Origin: Camelus ferus
Lineage: Eukaryota
NCBI RefSeq assembly: GCF_009834535.1
Contig: NC_045696.1
Span: 42,472,001 to 42,536,000 of the forward strand
Length of the DNA stretch: 64,000 nt
Direction: 5' to 3'
Shown: piece after piece, positions 54,753 to 64,000 of the stretch
How the letters are laid out: every line of letters begins with the position of its first letter
Numbering within the stretch: position 1 is the stretch's first letter
Notes under the pieces: model-generated
The model's input: only the letters and a program-made list of their open reading frames with translations
Database searches by the model: none
What the model was told of the DNA's origin: nothing
Made by a program: the position numbers and the translations under genes

Positions 54753-56760
54753 ACTAGTTCTTTTTTCCTTAATGTGGCACTATTGTAGTATTTTGCCATC
54801 TTATAGGGCATTAAAAATCTAGTAATGTACGCTGAAAAAACTGATATACTGTAGCTAATTGATCTAAAACCACATTTATTGTTTCTTTGAAACAGTAACA
54901 TTTAGCTACCCAAATGTAATTTTATTGTAGCATTTCAAAATAAATATTATTTTATAACCATTAAGGGCCGTATCTTTCTATTTCATATGCAGTTTTTTAT
55001 TTGTAGTCCTTAAGAATGATGAAAAGTTTATTACATACCTACTAGTCTTATTCTGTGGTCAGTTATTTGGAAAGGAAAAGCTGTACTCAGTTTGAATTTA
55101 GTGCAATTGTTTATTTCTGTGTGTTTGGGGATCCAGTAAATGTACTAAGGAAAATTTTACCTATAAATACAATGACTTTTATTGACCATGTGATTTCAAT
55201 ATATGCAGGTTATTTCAAGTTGAACTGTGATCTTATTTTTGCATAGTATAAACAGATCAGTTTTTTCCTCTGTGGAAACTAAAAGTGAGAATGACTGTTA
55301 ATTTGAATTGCACCCAAATAATACTATCTTCTAAGCAGATACAGAAACAGTAAATCTGAAACTGAGTTATGGTAATTATGAATGTTTTTTAAAAGTTGAA
55401 GAAAAAATCTAAAATAAATATAATTGATTTTATGGTCAATATTGTGCTAACAAGAGTAAAGGCAACTATACAAAATGAAATCAGAAGATTACCTTTTCGA
55501 AGAATTTTAGGAGAAAAAATTGATTTATGATTAAACCATAGCTGAGTCATATCATTTGCAAATGACTTTGTAGTATGATACTTGTTAAAAAGCAAGTATT
55601 CTTCTGTACAATACTGATGCAAGCACAAAATGAAAGAGCTGTGTAGTTAATGAAGTGTGGATAACTTAAAGAAGTTGGAAAAGGAAGCCAGAAAGATAAA
55701 TAAAAATACCACCTATCAGAAATGGTTAGAGGAACTATTATAACTATTATCATCTATCACAGAAATATAGAAAATAAGTGCAGCATATAATCTCTCATTT
55801 ATCTGGCTTTATTTGGGAATGAAGTGTTCCACATAAATGCAACTTTTTCAAAAGTGAAGCATCCAAACTATTATTGTTTTAATTTAAGAAATTCAATATC
55901 TGTTATTTTCTTCCTAGCCTTCTTAAACAGAGTATGCTCTGTATTTTGCATTGGCTTGATGACTTTGAGGTTTCATAATGAACATTAAAAACTTCCCTGT
56001 GCTACAAAATAGCAATATCCTCAGAGTTATTAAATTTGAGGGAAGCAACTTGCCTCCATGCTAAATGATTTGACAGCTTAGATTTTTTAGAAGACTTGTT
56101 TTTATTCTACATTTTTTCTGTTTTTCTTTATTATCACTACTCAATTTTAATCTGCAGCTTTAGTCTACAGCAGATTGGAGAGTGATTTAAACAAGCTTTC
56201 CAGAATTGGTCTGAAATACGGGCAAAAGGTAGAAATGAAGTCACGAGACACAAGTACCCACCATGTAATGTAGAGCAGGAATCTATGGCATGCATTTTGG
56301 CAACTCAGAGAACATACTGGTCTCTTTCTTGGCTTTCTGTTAAATATTGCCAAATTGCCAGATAAGTCACTTCGGGTCAATGAGAGATTATCAAGAATAT
56401 AAAGACCTACAGCTTCAGTGCCAAAGGGCTTTAACTGAAGTAGATATGACTTAAAGAAACTGAAAGTTAGCCACTAATATAATTTAAATAAATGGAATAT
56501 TAATCTAAATAAACTAAATATTGATAATTGAATATTAGAAAAGCATGTTAACCTCTCACTAGTAACCAGTGCATATAACTTAAATACCTTGAACATTAAG
56601 TATCATATGAGGTAAACTATGGAAACAAAAAAAATTTGCATGGAAGTGAATTTGTCACTTGGATGTGGTTTAGGAACAGTTCTGCCAAGAAACTAGAGGA
56701 TAAACCAAGTCCTTTTTGGAGATGGTTCTGTAGGTTTATGTTGGTTTGCCCCCTCTTTCT

Positions 56761-56876
56761 GGTAGGGGGAATTAATTAGGTTTACTTATTTATTCTTAGA
56801 GGAAGTCCTGGGCATTGAGCGCAGGACCTTAATCGTGCTAACCAGGTGCTCTACCACTTGAGCTATACCCTCCCCC
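56761..56876 (-). mobile_element. tRNA-derived SINE, camelid Vic-1-like
   Basis: The minus strand reads GGGGGAGGGTATAGCTCAAGTGGTAGAGCAC...GGTCCTGCGCTCAATGCCCAG...AATAAATAAGTAAACCTAATTAATTCCCCC. A box intact, B box degenerate, 3' part like the recalled Vic-1 consensus. Confidence 0.85.
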
Positions 56877-56988
56877 AACTCTTTTTTATAAGACACTATA
56901 TACATATATATATATATGTATATATTTTAGTAAATGTGCTGTTGTAGGGAAGACAATGGTGGATTAATTGCTTATTTTTTATCATTAG

Positions 56989-57111
<123 letters not shown>

Positions 57112-57289
57112 TGATTAAAACATTTTGGCTGTGTAAAGCCCCATGAATCATAAAGTTGGCAGCATTCGTTTTTAATTTAAAAAAATATTGTCATTACCAC
57201 ACCATTTCGGAATGAAAATAAATCGAAATAACAAATTACACAGATTAAGAGGTGACATACACTTTATGCCATTAATTGGAAAAGTACAA

Positions 57290-57472
57290 TTCTTCCCATA
57301 AAGGGGGGGGGGGGTAGTGACTGGAAGAGGGCATGGGGAAATCTTCTGGGAGACTAGAATGTTCTGTTTTTTCATTTGAAAAATGATTAATCAGATGCAG
57401 TTATTTTGTGAACACTTATGATTTGTACACTTTTCTAAGTGTATGTTACTCTCCAATAAAAATTTATTAAAA
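57290..57472 (+). mobile_element. L1ME-like 3' end
   Basis: tgactggaagagggcatggggaaatcttctgg...tttgtacacttttctaagtgtatgttactctccaataaaa. Confidence 0.7.
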
Positions 57473-57965
57473 GACAAAAGAACTTTTCCCATAAGGATCT
57501 GAACCAAAGTTACATAATACAGTCCCCAGAAATATCTTTGCAAGAAACAAAAACCATTTGAGTTTCATATGATACTTAGAGAATCCAAAGTGATCAAAAT
57601 TGAAAGGAAATCCAAAAGCTGAAGATCCATTCCTGCCCTAATTAAAACAAAATTGTAACATGTAACTGGTTTATTTTGGGCTTCTCATTTATTATTATTT
57701 AAACTTTGCAGCCTGAGAAGATTACTCTACTCGAGAAATTTGGTTCTATTTTCTCTTTTCTCTTTCTGTCTTCATGGCATTTCTATTCTTGGATATATAT
57801 GATTCTTGATGTGTGATGGCAATTTGTTGCAGACTTTTAAGCACTTTGAGTTTAGGACAACATTTTAATTACCAAGAAGTCTCTGCAAATAATTAATAAA
57901 AACTATTTACCACGGAGTAACGTGTTTGTCAATATCTACCTCCAGAAAGGAGATTCTGACACTAG

Positions 57966-58118
<153 letters not shown>

Positions 58119-58839
58119 TGAAATAGAGAAGCTAAGTCAGACAAACAAATTATACAGTACTTTTATAGTTTTTGAACTTAAAGTTTTACATTTTGAACTT
58201 TTAGTCCTCATAAAGTTGTAAGTATAACAGTGAAGAACAGTTTTCAACATGAAATACTGATATGGCTGTTGTTGAATGAGAGTTGAAAGTAAGTTTGGTC
58301 CATCAAAGATGTTTTATTCATGTTTAGGACATGGGACTATTTCACTGTCTTAGGAAAAGCATGATTAGGGTATTATTGGCAATAAGAGAAAGGCAGAGAG
58401 GGTACTATTTATCTGAAACTAGGCTGTCTCATGGTATGTCAAAAGGAGAGTAAAATTAAACCAATGGTCTAGATAATTTAGACCCCAAGATGCTTTTCTT
58501 CATTTATCAGTATTTAATATGAAAGTGTAATATAGCCTACCACTCCTTTTTTTTTATCAGAGCCAATAACTTCAAGTTCATTCTGCAAGTAGACAGTGAC
58601 AGAGTGAATGTAATCTACATTTGGGGAAAGGGGACATTGATCATAAAAACATTCAATCATCCCAGTCCCCTTTCAGAATTTTTATCTGACAGGGGAACAG
58701 ACTTGAGATTCGAGCAATGGCTTCTAATCATGCTTATAAAATGCAGTGGGCTCTGATCACGGCTACTTATTGACACTGTGATGGGAGTAATATAATGGGA
58801 AACCAAAAGAATAAGTTTTATTGGCTAGTTAAGGTTAAG

Positions 58840-59450
58840 ATGATATTCATAGGGTATGGTCAAACTGACATCCTTATATCCTATTGCTGGAAGTTTTATT
58901 TTGGGCAATACTTTTGGGAAAAAATGTCAGTATATATTAAAAATCTTTAGAAGACTTCATATTCTTTGATTCTATGTTTATGAATTAGGAAGCATATTCT
59001 AAAATATTTATGATTTTTTGTCAGTCAGTGCTAGTTAAAATAGTAAAACATGGGTACCAAATGCATATTCAGCAGTAAGGGAATGGCTATTTTAATTATG
59101 CAGAACCAGTAAGTTGAGAGCTCACACAGGCACTATAATCACATAAAGTTATTTATAAAACAGAAAAAAAAATGGTTCTATTTTATCTCTTCCCCTTCTG
59201 TCTTCTTGATATTTCTATGTTTAGAAATATGTGGTTCTTTAAAATTTAAATGGGTTAAAATATGAAGGGGAAGAATTAGCACATACAGCTATTTGTACAG
59301 TTGACCTCGTGTATATACTACATGATGGAAAAGACTGTAAGGAAGCACATCAAAAGGTTCACAGGGTTATTCATGCACAGTGGAACTGTGGATCATTCTG
59401 CTCTGACATTTCTCTTATTTTCCAGAATTTCTATAATGATTGCATATTGA
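58840..59450 (+). mobile_element. Decayed L1ME-like fragment
   Basis: Resembles the end of L1 ORF2 and the 3'UTR (cagcagtaagggaatggct...). Confidence 0.45.
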
Positions 59451-59959
59451 TAATCTGGAATCTGGTCATCAGACTTTCTGTATGACTATGGCTTCAGCTT
59501 AGTCCTCCTTTCAGTTTTCTTCTTGGAAATTATAGCGACTGAAATGGGTAACTAAAAAAAGTCGTCCAAATACCATTTGCAGTGAAACTAGGAGGAACAG
59601 AAAACCTAGAAATCCCAAAGTATGTGTTAATGTGGATAAAAGTGGTTAAGATCAAGACAAAACAGTGCAGGGAAAAGCTTGCAGAAAGCAGTGTGGGAAG
59701 AGGTGGCAGGAGGAACAGGGAAGAAAAGTGAATGCTGAGGGGCCCCCGTGGCACAGATCCCAGAAAGCCCCAGGAAGAAGGCACACCTGCAGGAACAGAG
59801 GGGCACAAGCTAACTTAATCGAGAAAAAAGGGCTAAACAACAAACCCACAGAATACCAAAGGAAGGGGGAGATCCACATGGAAATGAGGAGGGTACGGCC
59901 CCACCAGGTATTACAGGTAATAGAAGCCCTAATGCTATTAAAGGGACATGTACTATGTG

Positions 59960-61195
59960 AGGACAGACACATAGATAAAAATTTAGAACAGGAGAGAAAC
60001 CGATTCAAAATGTGGAAATTTACCGTATGATAGAGTGTGATACCATACAAATCAGTGGCATTAACAGAGATGTTTTAAAACAGTGCTGGACAGTAAAATA
60101 ACTATAAGAAAAAATAGCACAGAATCTGTGCTTCACTCAATATACCATGATGAACTTTAAATAGATTATTAATTTAAATGTAAAAACTACACTTTTAAAA
60201 GTGGTAGAAGAAAACTTGCAACGTAGCTTTAGAACATTGGAGTAGGAAAACCGTCTTCAGCCCACATGCTAGAAACCATAAAATAAAATATTGAAAAATA
60301 AATTAAATAAAAATAAAATTTCTGTGTGCAGACACACACACTGTGAAGACTGTCCAAAGCCGAACAGAGGAAAACCATTTACAACTTACATAACAAACAA
60401 GGAGCTACATTTCCTAAAAACAAAAATTTACAGGAATCAGAAGGAAATGGCCAAGAACACAATAAAAATTGGGGCAAAGAAACAATTTTCAGATAAAGAA
60501 ACACAAATGGCTCTAATAAACATGAAGGGATGCACATATTCATTCACACTAAGTAAAAGGCAAATTAAAACTATATGGTGATATTTTATTGTTCCTATTA
60601 AATAGGGAACAATTCAAAATTTTATGCATACGCTTTGTTGATGTAACTCAGAGAGAGAGTGATTTTTTCATATGTTACTGGGGAGTACAAAACGCAACAA
60701 TCTTTATAGAGGGCAATGTGGCAAAATCTGTTAAATGATCCTGCAGATAAATAGATGTATTGTAAGGCTATTCATTACTACTTTGTAAAATACAAAAGAG
60801 TCAAAACAATTCAAATATACATAAATAAGACCCTGGCCAAATAAATTCTGACACATGTGCATGATGAAGTAATATACAACTATGGAAAAAAAACTAAGGA
60901 GGCTCTCTAAATTTTGATTAGGAAAAATCTCTAAGCTAGATTGCTAAATTTAAAAAGGCATGGTACAAAAAAATACAGTGTGCTATCATTTGTCAGCACA
61001 AGAAGGGAGAACACTGAGAATATTACTTCTGCTTCTATTTGCGTATGTCCTATGGAGATGCAGTGACGTGTGAGATCACTTGGGTTTGCATGTGGACGTG
61101 GAATAGCATGCACAAGGGCAAAATGAGGCGAAAGACTTTTTACTGTATATATTTTATACTGTTTGAGTTTTTGAACTGTGTGAAAGTATAATTCC
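59960..61195 (+). mobile_element. Decayed L1 (L1ME-like) ORF2 C-terminal region and 3'UTR
   Basis: A-rich + strand. The ORF-track peptide KKQFSDKETQMALINMKGCTYS resembles the L1 ORF2 motif RxFSKEDIQMANKHMKRCSTS. 3'UTR-like gactttttactgtatatt...tttgagtttttgaac. Confidence 0.65.
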
Positions 61196-61367
61196 TCTAA
61201 AATTTGACAGTAATCTTTAATCAGAAACTGATCTGTTTAAATTTTATGATCAAGGTCACCCTTGTCACATCTGTCGAGTTGGCTTATTCTCTTATTAAAT
61301 ATGTGTTACACGGCATAATTTTGTTAACTCTTAATGTAATGGAGTACTCTTAGTATTGCAGAATTAA

Positions 61368-61613
<246 letters not shown>

Positions 61614-61727
61614 TAGCAACTTTATTCTGAGCTGTTGAACTGATCCAAGCTGGAAGGTTATCAAGTGTTAGGAACTAATTTCTCCGTAGAAAGTGAGTAC
61701 GCAGCAGTGTGCTTGAAGAAGGATTTT

Positions 61728-62130
61728 TTTTCATTCATCCAGTAAAGATTTATTGAGTGCCTACTTTGTGCTAGGCATTATCCTGGGAATACAGAGACCT
61801 GTGCATGAGTTCTGAATTCACTTGGCTTATCCCTTAGGAGAATGAGATGGTCATGGAAGAAAGTAAGACAAAAATGTTTTGGTGCAAAGGCAGACGTATA
61901 CGTGGGTTGTGGTAAGAGGCACTATTCACCATGGTCAGAGAGAATGAAGCAGGAGAGGCTGGGAGGCGTGGTGGAAGGGATGCAACTCAAGTGGTGACTC
62001 TGAAAACAGATGAACCCCAAAGGGCAAAATCAAGTGTGAGAGACAGTCCATGCCAAAGGATGCTCAAAGTCACAGACACATGACAAAGAGCAACCAGGGG
62101 CTTCTAGTCCTTGAGCAGGGGTGCTGAGCG
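61728..62130 (-). mobile_element. LINE-2 3' end
   Basis: tcattcatccagtaaagatttattgagtgcctactttgtgctaggca. Confidence 0.75.
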
Positions 62131-62834
62131 GAGCAGAGGACGATGAGAAAACCTGGGATGCGGGCAGGGCCAGCACTGGAAAGTTAGATTAGGAATCCCT
62201 CGGATTAAAAATTAAAAGCTGTGAAAAGTGTGGATCTGGACTCTGTACTGCCACCACTAAAATATAGATACATTTACTAGTGAAGAAAAAAAATTCTATT
62301 TCTGACAAGCCCCTTAGAAGGTTCCATTAGTATTCTCACCTGAGAAAAATGCAGTCATGTTTTTTGATTTGAAATAGCCTTAATGTGTTTATAATTATAC
62401 TCAAATTCACGCATTTCTTCACAATCATTGATTGCTTTAGTCCTAACTAGAAATATCACACGGGGTTAAATGGAGAGTCCACATTTCCTTGGCTCTGTCC
62501 TGACCAACATTTCAGGGGAAGATTTATTAAAGGCTTGAGAGAAATAAAAGTAGAAAAGTTTGATAAACACAGCTCTTTTTCAGGAGGGCAATTGAGCCAT
62601 GTAAATTAATGAGGCAATGCACAATTACAACAGGAAGAAATAAGAAATGTGGCCCCAGCCAGGATAAGAAACACTGCAACAGTTATATGCAAAGTAGTTA
62701 AAATAAATGCACAGAAGTAAATGAATAAAATTAAACATTTGGTATCTCTTCCAAAAGAATCTGCATTCCAAATGGCCATAAAGAAACAATTGTGGGCTGG
62801 TGTGGAATTTCATTTATTTTCATTAACTCCTTAG

Positions 62835-63038
<204 letters not shown>

Positions 63039-63152
63039 TAATTAACTGTGAGGTGAGATAAACTGCTAGACAACTGTAATTTCACAATAGTTTTCTGTTT
63101 ATTCAACTTACACATGACGGGCAATATTATCTTCATCACTTTTCCCTTTACA

Positions 63153-63154
<2 letters not shown>

Positions 63155-63197
<43 letters not shown>

Positions 63198-63222
63198 GCA
63201 CACACAAACACGCACGCACACA
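63155..63222. repeat. (CA)n microsatellite with CACG interruptions
   Basis: Directly visible. Confidence 0.95.
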
Positions 63223-63335
63223 TGTATACACTACTGGACATGTTATATTTTCCCATCCGGATCCACTCTGCCCTTCCCTGGCCCATGTGAACAGCATCCC
63301 CTGGCTGCCCCGGCTGAATAGTTTCTGGCTGCACT

Positions 63336-63354
63336 TGTCCAATAGGTGGCGCTG
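63336..63354 (+). promoter_or_regulatory. Candidate CTCF binding site
   Basis: TGTCCAATAGGTGGCGCTG closely matches the CTCF core CCA(C/G)(C/T)AG(A/G)(G/T)GGC(A/G)(C/G)T, with one mismatch and an intact CpG. Confidence 0.5.
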
Positions 63355-64000
63355 TCCGAGGATGAGTGTGAAGTCCATGCAGCTCTTGCCAGACAAGTCT
63401 CCCCATACTACTACTGAAAGTTCTGGAAACCTTCCCCGAACCCATAACTTGACTCTCTTGTGAATTCCCTCCATCTTTATAAGTAGTCCTATTAAACCTC
63501 CTTAAATTGCCTGTTTGGATACCATTTGCAATATCCCCACCAGTGCGCTCATTTGTGCTCATCAATCTAGTGGACACACCTGTTCATACACATATATTCT
63601 CATGTGTACATCTGTGCATGCATTGTCACACACACTCTCCAAATGGGATATTGCTTAATGAGCATAAACCCAGAGACATACAGAATCAGCTGAATAAAAC
63701 AGACATGCCTTATAAACAACACATACAGAAGTCTGAAAAACTGGTTCCGGTTCCAGCTTTTGTCCTAACAAGATGTAGGACTTGGGAGTTCACTTCTCTA
63801 GGCAAAAGTTTCTTCGTTTTAAAAATAAAGGTTTATAAAAGTAGCCTTTGATACTCTTTCTAACTCTATAGTTCTAAAGTTGTCTTGAAAAACACAGCAG
63901 AATTCTGATTTGGATTATACACTAATAATTTTTTCTCTATTTTATATTAGCCACTATCATTATGTTTCAGTTAGATTATCTTTACCTTTTCTTCCACACC

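Noticed and set aside
56800..56876. tRNA-like sequence on the minus strand
   Set aside because: It is the SINE head: the B box/T-arm is degenerate and a SINE-specific AT-rich 3' region follows.
60291..60581. 96-aa Lys-rich ORF
   Set aside because: A decayed LINE-1 ORF2 remnant, not a host gene.

Overview
AT-rich mammalian genomic DNA, very probably camelid: it has a Vic-1-type tRNA-derived SINE at ~56.76-56.88 kb, and I saw no Alu, B1, Bov-tA/BovB, PRE-1 or SINEC. The only protein-coding gene I can support is ZPLD1 (zona pellucida-like domain-containing 1, cupulin) on the + strand. Eight coding exons (36703-36808, 48154-48374, 51142-51323, 52741-52813, 56989-57086, 57989-58069, 61433-61604, 62835-62943) have GT-AG boundaries and splice in phase to 347 uninterrupted codons plus 1 nt. 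These encode a signal peptide, the ZP module, a furin site (RERR) and an external hydrophobic patch. The transmembrane-encoding 3' end lies beyond the window. The first ~33 kb is upstream/5'UTR-intron sequence with ancient repeats (MIR, L2, L1M, MaLR/ERV LTRs, Tigger and hAT MITEs), microsatellites and a few repeat-free blocks that may be regulatory. I found no convincing new biological system. The most interesting leads concern ZPLD1 5' architecture: candidate non-coding exons that end in ATG and would create an overlapping uORF, and a possibly lost donor for an N-terminally extended isoform. Other leads are an in-frame alternative acceptor, a CTCF-like site and some unexplained local duplications. 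Repeat family names come from recalled consensus sequences, and repeat boundaries are approximate unless a TSD is given.
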